Shown here piece by piece: positions 26,460-37,314 of a stretch of DNA of 64,000 bases. Positions within the stretch are counted from its first letter, which is position 1; every line of letters begins with the position of its first letter. The notes below the pieces were generated by a model. The model searched no databases, was not told the DNA's origin, and saw only the letters and a list, made by a program, of their open reading frames with translations. The translations under genes and the position numbers were made by a program. The DNA is from an uncultured bacterium (lineage in GTDB: Bacteria; Omnitrophota; Omnitrophia; Omnitrophales; CAZLUT01), in assembly GCA_964562805.1 (NCBI GenBank), contig CAZLUT010000001.1:32574-96573 (forward strand), written 5' to 3'.

Positions 26460-26816
26460 ATGCATATTATTCTTTTACTAGTTTTAGGTCTTGCTGTCGG
26501 TATCTTTAGCGGTCTCTTAGGGGTCGGAGGCGGAGCTCTTATGGTGCCCATATTTGTCTATATTTTTAAGATGGATATGCATAAAGCCATCGGAACTTCA
26601 TTGGCTGTTATTATTTTTATCGCATTAGTAGGTTCTATTAAGCATTTTTTTGCCGGAAATGTTGAAGTTAAGAGCTTATGGCTCTTTATTATAGCGGCTC
26701 TTCTGGGCGGATGGCTTGGCGCTGCTTTGGCAACTGTTATGCCGGTAACCATATTAAAAAAAATATTTGCCATATTTCTATTATTTATAGCGGTATTTAT
26801 GTTTTTTAAAAAATAA
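26460..26816 (+). CDS. TauE/SafE (TSUP) family transporter, single-repeat half-size form
   Basis: SGLLGVGGGALMVP and AIGTSL motifs; four TM helices. Confidence 0.88.
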   Translation: MHIILLLVLGLAVGIFSGLLGVGGGALMVPIFVYIFKMDMHKAIGTSLAVIIFIALVGSIKHFFAGNVEVKSLWLFIIAALLGGWLGAALATVMPVTILKKIFAIFLLFIAVFMFFKK

Positions 26817-26839
26817 GAAAATAGAATAAGGACTAAAAA

Positions 26840-27955
26840 ATGAAAGTACCCCCATTAGCAACAAATCGTGAATACGGGCAAATAGCTTCCGAACTCAATA
26901 GCGTGGTCCAGAAAGTTTTAGAGAGTGGGCAATACATACTAGGAGAAGAGGTTAAGAGTTTTGAAAAGAATTTTGCTGTCTGGGTTGGTGCGGATGAAGC
27001 TGTGGGTGTTGCCTCGGGAACGGATGCTTTAATTCTTAGTTTGCGTGCTTTGGGGATTTCAGGCGGCGATGAGGTTATTACGACGCCTTTTACTTATTTT
27101 GCTACAGCGGAGGCTATTGTAACAGTAGGGGCTAAACCGGTGTTTGTTGATATTGATCCCAAAACTTTCAACATTAATCCTGATCAAATTAAGAAAAAAA
27201 TTAATTCAAAAACTAAGGCAATTTTACCTGTTCATCTATATGGCGCGTGCGCTGATATGGATCCTATCGAGGAATTGGCGGCCAAAAATAAACTAGCTAT
27301 TATTGAAGATGCCTGCCAGGCACATGGCGCTACCTACAAAGGAAGGCGTGCCGGCAACCTTGGTACCACCGGCTGTTTTAGTTTTTTTCCAACAAAAAAT
27401 TTAGGAGCTTGCGGGGATGCCGGAATTATCACATTCAATCAACCGGAACTAAAAAATCATCTACTTTCACTTCGGATGCACGGAGCTTCCCAAGATGATA
27501 AGTATTTTCATGATGAATTTGGAATGAATTCTAGGCTGGATGAATTGCAAGCCGCTATCTTGAATGTAAAGTTAAAATATTTGGAAGATCGAATTGAAAA
27601 ACGAAGGCAGGTTGCGAGCTGCTACACCAGCGTTATTCAATCGCAAGCCGATTGGCTGCGGGCACCCGAAGCTCTGGAGAATTGCCGCCACGTCTACCAT
27701 CAGTATGTTATTCGAACGTCCTACCGGGACGCTTTTGAGGAGCATTTAAAGAAGAAGGGAATTAGTGCTACAGCCTACTATAAATACCCGCTTCATTTGC
27801 TGCCGCCTCTAAGTAAGTTAGGGTTTAAAAAAGGTGAGTTTCCTGAGGCTGAGCGCGCTTCCCAGGAAGTGCTTTCACTTCCTTGTTTTCCCCAAATGAC
27901 GGATGAAGAAATTGGTTATGTTTCGGAGGCTATTATTGATTTTAAGGCCTCATAG
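26840..27955 (+). CDS. DegT/DnrJ/EryC1/StrS PLP-dependent aminotransferase
   Basis: SGTDAL, PVHLYG, IEDACQAHGA, SFFPTKNLG, NSRLDELQAA. Confidence 0.96.
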   Translation: MKVPPLATNREYGQIASELNSVVQKVLESGQYILGEEVKSFEKNFAVWVGADEAVGVASGTDALILSLRALGISGGDEVITTPFTYFATAEAIVTVGAKPVFVDIDPKTFNINPDQIKKKINSKTKAILPVHLYGACADMDPIEELAAKNKLAIIEDACQAHGATYKGRRAGNLGTTGCFSFFPTKNLGACGDAGIITFNQPELKNHLLSLRMHGASQDDKYFHDEFGMNSRLDELQAAILNVKLKYLEDRIEKRRQVASCYTSVIQSQADWLRAPEALENCRHVYHQYVIRTSYRDAFEEHLKKKGISATAYYKYPLHLLPPLSKLGFKKGEFPEAERASQEVLSLPCFPQMTDEEIGYVSEAIIDFKAS

Positions 27956-28021
27956 TATTTTTTGATAATTAAAGGCTAAGAAAGAGACATTTTAAAAAAC
28001 TTTGGTTAAAATCATTTTTGT

Positions 28022-28450
28022 ATGACAAATTCACCAAAATCAGAACCAACTTTTTTAAAAGTTCCAAGCGACCCAAGATACCTGAAACAAATAAGAGAAG
28101 AGGTTTCCCGGGTTGCCAAAGAAGCCGGTTTTGATGAGGAATGGCGCGGACGAATTGTTCTTGCTATCGATGAAGCGATTACGAATATTATCCGCCATAC
28201 TTATAATCGCGAGACTGATAAAGAAATTCATATTTCTTTACTGAATGATGAAAAGGCGCTCAGAATTACACTTCGCGATTTTGGAACAAAACCCGATCTC
28301 AATAAGATCTCTTCAAGAGATTTAAAGGATGTCCGTCCTGGTGGGCTGGGCTGTCACTTTATTAAAGAGATCATGGATGAAGTAACTTACGATATTGATT
28401 CGAACGAAATTGGTACTGAATTACGTCTGATCAAGTATAAAAAGTCCTAA
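28022..28450 (+). CDS. rsbW: Anti-sigma factor / Ser kinase, RsbW-like
   Basis: LAIDEAITNIIRH (N box), RDFG, RPGGLG.HFIKEIMDEV. Confidence 0.88.
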   Translation: MTNSPKSEPTFLKVPSDPRYLKQIREEVSRVAKEAGFDEEWRGRIVLAIDEAITNIIRHTYNRETDKEIHISLLNDEKALRITLRDFGTKPDLNKISSRDLKDVRPGGLGCHFIKEIMDEVTYDIDSNEIGTELRLIKYKKS

Positions 28451-28496
28451 AGGGGCTCGATACAAAATTAGATTAATAAAATAGGGAGAGAGATCT

Positions 28497-28847
28497 ATGA
28501 AAGTAAATCAAAAAAACAAGGAAGGTATTGAAATCCTTGAAATACAGGGTGAAATCGATCTTTACGCGTCACCTTCTTTGAGGGAGCTTTTTAGCAAGCT
28601 GGTTGAGGGCGGGAAGCATCGCATTTTGGTTAATTTAAAAAATGTAACTTATGTTGATAGTTCCGGCTTAGCGACCTTTATTGAAGCTTACCAGAGGTTG
28701 TCAATGGTTGACGGACAGCTCGTACTTTCTAATTTGACTGATACTGTTAAAGGTGTTTTTGAAATCGCACGGCTTGAAGATGTTTTGAGTCTTGTTAAAA
28801 CCGAAGAAGAAGGCCTCGGGCTAATCAAAGAAAAAAGTGCTGACTAA
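28497..28847 (+). CDS. rsbV: Anti-anti-sigma factor (STAS domain), RsbV/SpoIIAA-like
   Basis: GEIDL, YVDSSGLA with the phosphorylatable Ser, VFEIARL. Confidence 0.88.
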   Translation: MKVNQKNKEGIEILEIQGEIDLYASPSLRELFSKLVEGGKHRILVNLKNVTYVDSSGLATFIEAYQRLSMVDGQLVLSNLTDTVKGVFEIARLEDVLSLVKTEEEGLGLIKEKSAD

Positions 28848-29658
28848 TTTGAAAGACAATTTTAAAAAACTCGTAGGATTCTGGGGACGCAATACTCTTA
28901 CGTTTCTTTCAGATCTTGGGGGGATTTCCCGTCTTATTCGTGATGCGCTTTATTGGTCTGTAATTGCTCCTTTCACGGGGAAAGGCTTTAGGCGAGAAGC
29001 TTTTTTTAAAGAATGTGTAGAGGTTGGAAACCGTTCGCTTCCCATCGTAGCTCTTGTAATGTTTTCGATTGGTTTGGTGCTGGCATTACAATCAGCCTAT
29101 CAGCTTAAAAACTTCGGAGCTTTAATGTATACAGGCGCTCTTGTGAGCGTTTCAACAGCGCGGGAATTAGGACCTCTGATTGTATCAATTATAATTGCCG
29201 GCCGAATAGGCGCTGCGATCGCCGCTGAAATCGGCACGATGAGGACAGCCGAAGAAATTGATGCTTTGGACACTATGGCTATCAATCCTGTTTATTTTCT
29301 TGTGACACCAAAATTTTTAGCACTTTTTTTTATGGTGCCCTGCCTGGTGGCTCTTGGGGACTTAATCGGAATGTTTGGGGGATATTTTATTGGCGTGACT
29401 TCGCTCGGGATTGGATCTGAAATTTACATTGATAAAAATTTTGACGCTCTCGTGGTTAAAGATGTGGTGACAGGCCTTATTAAGAGTTTTTTCTTTGCTG
29501 CCACGGTTGCTTTTATTTCGTGTTTTAAAGGTTTGAGGGTAAGGGGCGGTGCCGAAGCGGTTGGTAAAGCGACGACGGACGCCGTTGTTATTTCAATTGT
29601 TATGATTGTGGTAGCAGACTGTTTGTTTACTGCTATCTTTTATTACGTATTTCCGTAG
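28837..29658 (+). CDS. mlaE: MlaE-family ABC permease
   Basis: RELGPL, AGRIGAAIAAEIGTMR..EEIDAL, GGAEAVGKATT.AVV. Confidence 0.95.
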   Translation: MLTNLKDNFKKLVGFWGRNTLTFLSDLGGISRLIRDALYWSVIAPFTGKGFRREAFFKECVEVGNRSLPIVALVMFSIGLVLALQSAYQLKNFGALMYTGALVSVSTARELGPLIVSIIIAGRIGAAIAAEIGTMRTAEEIDALDTMAINPVYFLVTPKFLALFFMVPCLVALGDLIGMFGGYFIGVTSLGIGSEIYIDKNFDALVVKDVVTGLIKSFFFAATVAFISCFKGLRVRGGAEAVGKATTDAVVISIVMIVVADCLFTAIFYYVFP

Positions 29659-29688
29659 AGATGAGTAACAAAGAGCATTCCACCGCAC

Positions 29689-29714
29689 GTAGGTCACACT
29701 TAAGTGTGATCTAC
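29689..29714. repeat. GTAG-initiated REP-like palindrome
   Basis: gtaggtcacacttaagtgtgatctac: 26-bp near-perfect palindrome (one G-T pair) between mlaE and mlaF. Confidence 0.6.
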
Positions 29715-29731
29715 AAGGGGACAAAAAAGAG

Positions 29732-30532
29732 ATGAGTGACAAAAAAATTGTAATCAAAGTTCGGGATTTAGTTCAGGAATTTGATGGCCGCCGTGTTTTA
29801 GACGGTATTAATCTTGACGTTTATGAAGGTGAGACCCTGGTAGTAATGGGCGGGTCAGGATGCGGAAAATCAACATTCTTAAGAGCAGCCGTAGGTCTTT
29901 ATAAACCCACCGGCGGAACCATTGAGTATGAAGGTAAAAATATAATAGGACTTCCTGAAGAGGAATTGAAAGAAATTAAGAAAAAATTCGGCATTCTTTT
30001 TCAAAGCGGCGCTCTTTTTAATTCGATGACGGTTGGCGAAAATATAGCCGTTCCCCTCAAAGAACATACAGAGCTGGCTCAAAAAATTGTTGATATCATT
30101 ATTAAAGTAAAATTAGAACTTGTTGGTCTTACAGGCTTCGAACATCTGCTTCCTTCACAAATCTCGGGTGGAATGAAAAAACGGGTTGGCTTGGCCCGCG
30201 CTATTGCGCTTGACCCAAGAATTATATTTTATGATGAGCCGGGCGCCGGGTTAGACCCGATAACAGCCAGCGTGATTGATAAACTTATTATGGATCTCAC
30301 CAAAAAACTTGGCATTACTTCCGTAGTGGTAACCCATGAGATGAAAAGCGCTTTTCGAATCGCAAATCGCATGATCATGCTTCATCAGGGTAAAATTATT
30401 GCCGAAGGCACTCCTGATGAAATCAAGAATTCTAAGAATCCATTTGTTCAGCAATTTATTACAGGCTCTTTTGATGGGCCGATACCCTTAAAACGATCAA
30501 GTGAGGAATATCAGAAGAGCTTATTAGGTTAA
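29732..30532 (+). CDS. mlaF: MlaF-family ABC ATPase
   Basis: GGSGCGKST, LFQSGALF, ISGGMKKRVGLARA, YDEP.AGLDP. Confidence 0.95.
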   Translation: MSDKKIVIKVRDLVQEFDGRRVLDGINLDVYEGETLVVMGGSGCGKSTFLRAAVGLYKPTGGTIEYEGKNIIGLPEEELKEIKKKFGILFQSGALFNSMTVGENIAVPLKEHTELAQKIVDIIIKVKLELVGLTGFEHLLPSQISGGMKKRVGLARAIALDPRIIFYDEPGAGLDPITASVIDKLIMDLTKKLGITSVVVTHEMKSAFRIANRMIMLHQGKIIAEGTPDEIKNSKNPFVQQFITGSFDGPIPLKRSSEEYQKSLLG

Positions 30533-30588
30533 TTAAGTGACAGATTTAAAATGAAAAGTTATTATTCTGTTTTATAAATGAAAAAGAG

Positions 30589-31287
30589 GTGGATATGAGT
30601 AAGTATTCAAAAGATGAAGTCAAAACAGGCTTGTTTGTATTAGCGGCCGTTATTGTGTTTTTCTTTCTGCTTTTTATGATAGGGGCGTTTAGAACAACTC
30701 ACGGAACATATCCCGTAAAAATTTTATTTAATTTTATTTCAGGTCTAGAATCTGGAGCACCCGTCCGTTTTGGAGGGGCTGAGGTTGGTAAAGTTGAAAA
30801 AGTTGAGATTCTGCCCAGTCACGAAAAAGCCAATATTCAAGTAACTGTCTCTGTAGGTAAAAATATTGTTCTTCACGAAGATTCCGAAGTGTATATCGAT
30901 ACTCTCGGTCTCATGGGGGAGAAATATGTTGAAGTCACTCCGGGAACTATTGACTCTGGGATTTTAGAACCGGGCGCCACCTTAAAAGGACAAGATCCAC
31001 TCGCCATGCACACGCTCTACAAAAAAGGTATGGGCATTGCTAAAAAGTTGGATTCTACCTTGGTTGAGCTGGAAAGTTTGCTTGAAAATTCAAATGAGAT
31101 GATAAAGGAGAATCGTTCCGCCATTAAAGGAATCATTAATAACATTGAGCACGTTAGTGTTGATGCAAAGTCTTTGGCGGGAGACCTAAAAGCAAATCCT
31201 TGGAAACTCTTCTGGAAAACAAAGGAAAAGGATCCAAACGCGAAAACCGAAAAAAAAGAGCGGAAAAAATTTCTCGGGATTTTTTAA
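30589..31287 (+). CDS. mlaD: MlaD/MCE-domain protein
   Basis: N-terminal TM helix, GLESGAPVRFGG.EVGKV, GLMGEKYVEVTPG. Confidence 0.93.
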   Translation: MDMSKYSKDEVKTGLFVLAAVIVFFFLLFMIGAFRTTHGTYPVKILFNFISGLESGAPVRFGGAEVGKVEKVEILPSHEKANIQVTVSVGKNIVLHEDSEVYIDTLGLMGEKYVEVTPGTIDSGILEPGATLKGQDPLAMHTLYKKGMGIAKKLDSTLVELESLLENSNEMIKENRSAIKGIINNIEHVSVDAKSLAGDLKANPWKLFWKTKEKDPNAKTEKKERKKFLGIF

Positions 31288-31311
31288 GAGCTCGAAAGGC
31301 ATTTTGAGCCA

Positions 31312-33390
31312 TTGAAAATCAAATTTTTATCTTTTCTTAAGAAAAAATCTTCTTCCAACCTAAAAGGTATTAATGCTCCCACTCTTAGTTTGGGAGCGGG
31401 TGCTGTCGTCAGCATTATCGTAGCCATTCTTTATCTTTTGGGTGTTTTTGGAGGGCTCGAGTCGCGAACTCTGGATTTTTGGATGAGGCTTCGCGGCCCC
31501 TTAAAAACAACTCCCGCTGTTCAAATTATCGGAGTTGATGATATTAGCTTGGGTGCTTTTGGCCGTTGGCCGTGGCCTCGTTCGTATCATGCCACACTTT
31601 TAGATATTCTCGCAGAACACAAACCCAAAACCGTTGTATTTGATGTTATCTTTGCCGAACCCACGGAAGATGGCTTTGAAGAAGATGAGGCTTTTACAAA
31701 ATCAATACAAAAATCGGGTAATATTGTTTTAGGCTCTTTTGTTAATCCGGTTAAGAAAAAAGGAGAGTATCGACAGGTAGCTGTAAGCAATGAATTGAAA
31801 CAATCTTTAATGAAAGACGCCATTATACCTGCCGGTAAAAGCCGTAAGTGGTTTAAAGGAACTGACCCTACTTTACCGGTAAAAGATTTTCATGAAGCAG
31901 CGCTCGGCGGTGGTTTTGTGAATGCTGTTGCTGACCTCGATGGAAAGATTCGAAGGATTCCCTTGGTGGTTGATTTTAACGGGGAGCTGTACCCCTCACT
32001 TTCGATGAGAGCATTGATGGCTTATTGGGGTATAGCCAAAGAAGATATTGAATTTGAACCGGGTAAATGGATCAGTCTAAAAAAGAGCGATGGAAGTTTT
32101 TATAGAATTCCCATTGATCAGGATGGATTTACGCGGGTTAACTATCCCGGCAGTTTTAGCGTATTTCCCGGCTATTCTTTTGCTCAATTAATGGCTGCCT
32201 ACTATGACGAAGAAAATCCGGAAGCTAAAGATATTTTTAAAACGTTTCGCGACTCAATTGTGCTGGTGGGAATTACAGCTACCGGCTCAACCGATTTAAT
32301 ATCAACACCTTTCAAGGCACTTGAACCCGGCATTGTAATGCACGCTGCCATTTTAAATAATCTTATCCAAGGTAAATTCATTCAAACTTTACCTGTCTGG
32401 ATCATCATTGTCCTTTTCCTTTTGATAGGCGTATTACTGGCTCATGTTATCCCGCGGGTATCTCCAGTATCCGCCCTTTTAATTGTATTGGCTGGATTTA
32501 TTTTTTATCCAGTTATTAATTATTTTCTTTTTGTTGGTTTAGACTGGTGGCTCCCGGTTATTTCAGTGCTGTGTATTTTAATTGCAACTTACTTATTAGT
32601 TGTCCTCATCCAGTTTCTGGCGGAAAGGCTCGAAAAACAAATCTTGCAGCAGGAACTTTCTATCGCTGAAAGAATTCAAATGAGCTTTCTTCCCAAGAAA
32701 CTCCCCTGTGCCGAGGGAGTTACCTTTGCGGCCGATACGGCTATGGCGAAACTTGTGGGAGGGGATTTGTATGATTTTATAACATTTGAAGATGAGACGA
32801 TAGGCGTTGCCATAGGGGATGTCTCAGGAAAAGGTGTGCCGGCCTCTCTTTATATGGCAAAAACCATCAGCGATTTCAGAACTATCGCCCGCACCTTAAA
32901 AGACCCGGCAAAAGTTTTGACCGAATTAAATTCAACTCTTGTCCAAGAGGGCGCCATGGGTATGTTCGTTACATTTTTTTATTTCCTTTTAGATTTAAAA
33001 AAAGGCCTCTGCCAGTATTCAAGCGCCGGGCACCATCCTCTTATGAGATGGGACCATAAGAATGGAGAGATTGTTGAATACAATACAAAAAAGGGCCGGC
33101 CCTTAGGCATTTTACCTTTTAAAGATTTGGATGAGGGAGTTATCCAAGTAGGAGACGGTGATTTGTTGGTTCTTTACACCGACGGGATTGATGAGGCAAT
33201 GAATACAGCCCGGCAAACTTTTGGGAAAGAAAGAATCAAAGAAATTGTTAAGACGCATTCCTGCAACCCTCCTAAAGAATTAATCCAAATTCTCCATTCA
33301 AAAATAAAAGATTTTATCGGTAAAGCTCCGCAGCACGATGATATGACTTTAATTGTTGCCCGCATTCATAAAAAGAGCGCTAATACTTGA
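31312..33390 (+). CDS. CHASE2-domain sensor with a PP2C (SpoIIE/RsbU) phosphatase
   Basis: GRWPWPRS.HA, FDVIF, D.DG.IRR, PG..HA (CHASE2); three TM helices; VGGDLYD, GDVSGKG, YTDG, DDMT (PP2C). Confidence 0.95.
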   Translation: MKIKFLSFLKKKSSSNLKGINAPTLSLGAGAVVSIIVAILYLLGVFGGLESRTLDFWMRLRGPLKTTPAVQIIGVDDISLGAFGRWPWPRSYHATLLDILAEHKPKTVVFDVIFAEPTEDGFEEDEAFTKSIQKSGNIVLGSFVNPVKKKGEYRQVAVSNELKQSLMKDAIIPAGKSRKWFKGTDPTLPVKDFHEAALGGGFVNAVADLDGKIRRIPLVVDFNGELYPSLSMRALMAYWGIAKEDIEFEPGKWISLKKSDGSFYRIPIDQDGFTRVNYPGSFSVFPGYSFAQLMAAYYDEENPEAKDIFKTFRDSIVLVGITATGSTDLISTPFKALEPGIVMHAAILNNLIQGKFIQTLPVWIIIVLFLLIGVLLAHVIPRVSPVSALLIVLAGFIFYPVINYFLFVGLDWWLPVISVLCILIATYLLVVLIQFLAERLEKQILQQELSIAERIQMSFLPKKLPCAEGVTFAADTAMAKLVGGDLYDFITFEDETIGVAIGDVSGKGVPASLYMAKTISDFRTIARTLKDPAKVLTELNSTLVQEGAMGMFVTFFYFLLDLKKGLCQYSSAGHHPLMRWDHKNGEIVEYNTKKGRPLGILPFKDLDEGVIQVGDGDLLVLYTDGIDEAMNTARQTFGKERIKEIVKTHSCNPPKELIQILHSKIKDFIGKAPQHDDMTLIVARIHKKSANT

Positions 33391-33454
33391 AAAGCTTATA
33401 AGATTACGTGACAATAGAACATAAGAGATATCCTTAAAAAGGAGGAAAAGCTTA

Positions 33455-34153
33455 ATGAAGCTAAAGAATGTTTTTTTAGTAAGTTTAATGATTGTTTTTT
33501 CAGGATTAATTATTTCCAATGTTTATGCGAAGCCTCAAACCGTCACTTTGGTAAAAGTCAAAGGGATTGTTGAGATTATTCCTCAAGGGATGAAAGAAGG
33601 TTCCGTAGGTGTTGCCGGAATGAAGCTCAAAGAGGGAGATACAGTTAAGACATACGATAAAAGTCAGGCTGAAATTGCTTTTGGAGACACCGGAACTCTT
33701 TACGTTAAATCCGAATCTAGTTTGACCATCAACCAAGCCGACGTAAAAGGAGAGGAGACGAAAACAGTCACTACTCTTCAGAATGGAAAGCTGAAGGCCA
33801 AGGTAAAAAAACTATCCAAGAACTCCAGATTTGAGACCCGAACACCCGTAGCGGTTGCCGCGGTGCGGGGTACGATTTATGAAATGTATGTGGGGGACGA
33901 TGGCGAAGCGATTATTCGCGTTTTGGAAGGTTCGATACGATTGACCAACAAATTCGGCGATGTGGTTACGATTGAACCGGGGCAATTTGTAAAAGTTGAC
34001 GCTAACGGGAAAATGGATGAGCCGGAAGCTGATACCAAAATGGATGTAAAAGACCTTGAAAAAGTTGAAGAAAAAGAGCTGAAAGAGGAAGTTGATTCGA
34101 GGAATTTGCAGGTCGAAGAGATTGAAGCGAGCCCCTCAGGCTCAACCAGCTAA
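33455..34153 (+). CDS. Exported FecR-domain protein
   Basis: Signal peptide, L.EGD.VKT, TPVAVAAVRGT, VLEGSI. Confidence 0.88.
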   Translation: MKLKNVFLVSLMIVFSGLIISNVYAKPQTVTLVKVKGIVEIIPQGMKEGSVGVAGMKLKEGDTVKTYDKSQAEIAFGDTGTLYVKSESSLTINQADVKGEETKTVTTLQNGKLKAKVKKLSKNSRFETRTPVAVAAVRGTIYEMYVGDDGEAIIRVLEGSIRLTNKFGDVVTIEPGQFVKVDANGKMDEPEADTKMDVKDLEKVEEKELKEEVDSRNLQVEEIEASPSGSTS

Positions 34154-34193
34154 AAGCCAGTAAATAGTAAATAGTGGTTAGTGAATAGTTTTG

Positions 34194-34976
34194 CTAACCA
34201 CTAACCACTTGTCTAACAATCTTTAATACTTTCCCAAAAACATAAGGATTGGCGGCGATTGTGTCTTTCCTATAAATCGAGTGTTTTTCACCTTCAAAAT
34301 TACTTAGGCGACCGCCAGCCTCTTTAACAATAAGAGCGCCTGCTGCGATATCCCAAGGGTTTAACTGAGGTTCAAAATAAATATCAAACCGACCGCAGGC
34401 CACATAACAAAGATCTAGAGCGGCTGAACCAAAGCGCCTGATACCTTGGGTTTTTTTGAGAAAAACTTTTAAGAATTTTAAATAATAATCAGGTCTTTCA
34501 GTCCTATCATAAGGAAAGCCCGTCGCGACCAAAGAATGCTTGATAGTTTTTGTTTTTGATACATGAATTCGTTTTTTATTGCACCAAGCGCCTTTATTTT
34601 TCTCAGCAAAAAACAGTTCTTCGCGAAAGGGATCATAAATTCCGCCTATTTTAACGTCACCCTCATATTCATACGCGATTGAAACACAGGCTTGAGGCAG
34701 GTTGTGGGCAAAATTAGTGGTTCCATCTAAAGGGTCAATAATCCATTTGTGAGAACCCGCTTTTTTTTCCAGACCCGATTCTTCAGCGAGTATCGAGTGT
34801 GCCGGAAACTTCTTTTTAATAATTTTTAGAACAGCCCGCTCAGCTTTCATGTCTGTTTGAGTTACAAGACTGATGGGTGTTTTGAAAGAAATTTTCTTTT
34901 TTTGAAGAGACCCTTTTTTGAGTTCTTTGCCGGCAGCTAAAAGTGCCCCATGAAGCGTATTACGAATTATCGTCAT
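34194..34976 (-). CDS. suhB: Inositol monophosphatase family protein
   Basis: AEES, WIIDPLDGTTNF, RRFGSAALDL, WDIAAG. Confidence 0.95.
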   Translation of the reverse strand: MTIIRNTLHGALLAAGKELKKGSLQKKKISFKTPISLVTQTDMKAERAVLKIIKKKFPAHSILAEESGLEKKAGSHKWIIDPLDGTTNFAHNLPQACVSIAYEYEGDVKIGGIYDPFREELFFAEKNKGAWCNKKRIHVSKTKTIKHSLVATGFPYDRTERPDYYLKFLKVFLKKTQGIRRFGSAALDLCYVACGRFDIYFEPQLNPWDIAAGALIVKEAGGRLSNFEGEKHSIYRKDTIAANPYVFGKVLKIVRQVVSG

Positions 34977-35107
34977 TAAAATCTTCTCATTTCCTTTAGA
35001 ATTCTTTTAAAGTCAAAAAACATCTGTTATGATTCCGACTCTATAGGACGCATTGTCTTGATTTTTGTTTAATTGTCAAATTAGGATATTTTAAAGAGGG
35101 AGAGCGC

Positions 35108-36205
35108 GTGAATCCAAAAACTTATAACGCAACTTTTATTACCGGGGATGGAACCGGTCCCGAAATCGCCGAGGTCACACAGAAGTGTCTGGATGCGACA
35201 GGAGTTCAATTTAATTGGGATATTCAAACGGCGGGCATTGATATTATGGAAGCCGAAGGCACTCCGCTTCCGGATCGGGTCCTGGAATCAATCCGAAAAA
35301 GCCATGTAGCGATTAAAGCTCCTATTACAACGCCCATTGGAAAAGGTTTTAGATCGGTGAATGTGGCTTTAAGAAAAGAGCTGGATTTATACGCTTGCCT
35401 CAGACCTTGTAAAAGTTATCCGGGAGTAAGATCTCATTATGAAGGCATCGATTTGGTAGTGGTCCGGGAAAACACCGAAGATTTGTATGCCGGGGTTGAA
35501 TTTAAAAAAGATGCCCAGGAAACCAAAGAAATTATTGCTGAAATTGATAAGCGTTCTAAAAGTAAAAAATTACGGCCCGATTCAGGTATTAGCATCAAAC
35601 CTATTTCTGTTTCCGGTACTGAGCGCATTGTTAAATTCGCGTTTGATTATGCCCAGAAAAATAACCGTAAGAAAGTAACGGCTGTTACCAAAGCTAATAT
35701 TATGAAGCATACGGACGGCCTTTTTTATGATGTGGCAAGAGAAGTCGCCAAGAAATATACCGATATCGAATATAGCGAAGTGCTCGTTGACAATATGTGC
35801 ATGCAGCTCGTTCAAAAGCCGGAACTTTATGATGTGCTTGTGCTGCCTAATCTTTACGGAGATATCATTTCAGATCTTTGTGCGGGGCTAGTCGGCGGTT
35901 TAGGAGTTGCTCCGGGAGGGAACATTGGTGATAAAGGCGCTGTTTTTGAAGCAACTCATGGTTCGGCTCCAAAATATAAAGGTCTTAACAAAGTGAATCC
36001 GACAGCCTTAATCCTTTCGGGAGTTATGATGCTGAGGTATCTCGGAGAAATGCAAGCAGCCGAGAGGCTCGAGAGTTCAGTGGCGGAAGTTATTAAAGAA
36101 GGCATCAATGTCACTTACGATTTAAGACCCGACCGCGGAGCGGATGGTAAGGCCGTGGGAACCCGAGAAATGGGTGAGGCGATTATAAAAAAGCTTAGAG
36201 CCTAG
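35108..36205 (+). CDS. icd: Isocitrate/isopropylmalate dehydrogenase family, most likely isocitrate dehydrogenase
   Basis: [46 protein letters not shown]; adjacent to mdh. Confidence 0.88.
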   Translation: MNPKTYNATFITGDGTGPEIAEVTQKCLDATGVQFNWDIQTAGIDIMEAEGTPLPDRVLESIRKSHVAIKAPITTPIGKGFRSVNVALRKELDLYACLRPCKSYPGVRSHYEGIDLVVVRENTEDLYAGVEFKKDAQETKEIIAEIDKRSKSKKLRPDSGISIKPISVSGTERIVKFAFDYAQKNNRKKVTAVTKANIMKHTDGLFYDVAREVAKKYTDIEYSEVLVDNMCMQLVQKPELYDVLVLPNLYGDIISDLCAGLVGGLGVAPGGNIGDKGAVFEATHGSAPKYKGLNKVNPTALILSGVMMLRYLGEMQAAERLESSVAEVIKEGINVTYDLRPDRGADGKAVGTREMGEAIIKKLRA

Positions 36206-36232
36206 AGCTAAGAGCTGAGAGAGGAGAGACGG

Positions 36233-37174
36233 ATGGGTAAGGGATTTCCAAAAGTAACAGTAGTTGGAGCTGGGTTTGTGGGCGCTACGACTGCTCAGCG
36301 GATTGTTGAAAAAGATTTGGCAAATGTTGTCTTGGTTGATGTGGTCGAGGGACTTCCTCAGGGAAAAGCGCTTGATATTATGGAATCGGCTTCTATTTTA
36401 GGTTTTGATGCCGAGATTACCGGGACTAATAATTACGAAGATACCGCAAATTCTGATTTGGTGATCGTTACAGCAGGTCTTGCAAGAAAACCTGGTATGA
36501 GCCGTGACGACCTTTTGATTAAGAATGCCGAGATCATAACCGGTATCACCAAAGAAGCGGCCAGGGTTTCTCCCGATGCAATCCTTTTAATGGTTACAAA
36601 TCCATTAGATGTCATGACCTATTTGGCTTGGAAAATTTCAGGCTTTGACTCAAGGCGTGTTTTGGGGATGGCTGGAGTTCTGGATTCAGCCCGCTACAAC
36701 GCCTTTATCGGTATGGAACTAGACGTTTCACAGAAAGATATTCGAGCCATGGTTTTAGGAGGACACGGAGATTCGATGGTGCCGGTACCGAACCTTTCAA
36801 CAGTTAACGGTATCTCGATTACAGAATTGATCAGCAAAGAAAACATTGCTAGCTTGAATGATAGAACTCGTAACGGCGGAGCTGAAATTGTCAAATTACT
36901 TAAGACGGGAAGCGCTTACTACGCCCCTTCGGCAGCGTGTTTTGCTATGACTGAAGCTATTCTCCGGGACACCGGAAGACTTCTCCCGAGCTGCGTGTAT
37001 TTAGACGGACAGTATGGGATCAAGGGTATTTATGGCGGTGTGCCGGCTCGTCTTGGTGCCGAAGGTGTAAAAGAGATTATCGAAATCAAATTAAGCGGAG
37101 ATGAATCAAAGGCGCTGAAAAAATCCTGCCAGGACGTTGAGACCAATATCAAAAAAATCTTATCAGGATCTTGA
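36233..37174 (+). CDS. mdh: Malate dehydrogenase (LDH-like)
   Basis: GAGFVG, ARKPGMSRDDL, LDSAR, GGHGD, GSAYYAP. Confidence 0.96.
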   Translation: MGKGFPKVTVVGAGFVGATTAQRIVEKDLANVVLVDVVEGLPQGKALDIMESASILGFDAEITGTNNYEDTANSDLVIVTAGLARKPGMSRDDLLIKNAEIITGITKEAARVSPDAILLMVTNPLDVMTYLAWKISGFDSRRVLGMAGVLDSARYNAFIGMELDVSQKDIRAMVLGGHGDSMVPVPNLSTVNGISITELISKENIASLNDRTRNGGAEIVKLLKTGSAYYAPSAACFAMTEAILRDTGRLLPSCVYLDGQYGIKGIYGGVPARLGAEGVKEIIEIKLSGDESKALKKSCQDVETNIKKILSGS

Positions 37175-37314
37175 ATATAATCCTGGCCAAAATCGTCAAA
37201 GATATAGAGCTATAGTCAAATAGGAAGTGCAACCCAAAAGGATAAAAGTTATAATCAGAGGTTCGGTTCTAAAAATCCAGCTCTAAAAAGAGCTATTAAG
37301 GTGAAGAAACAGTT

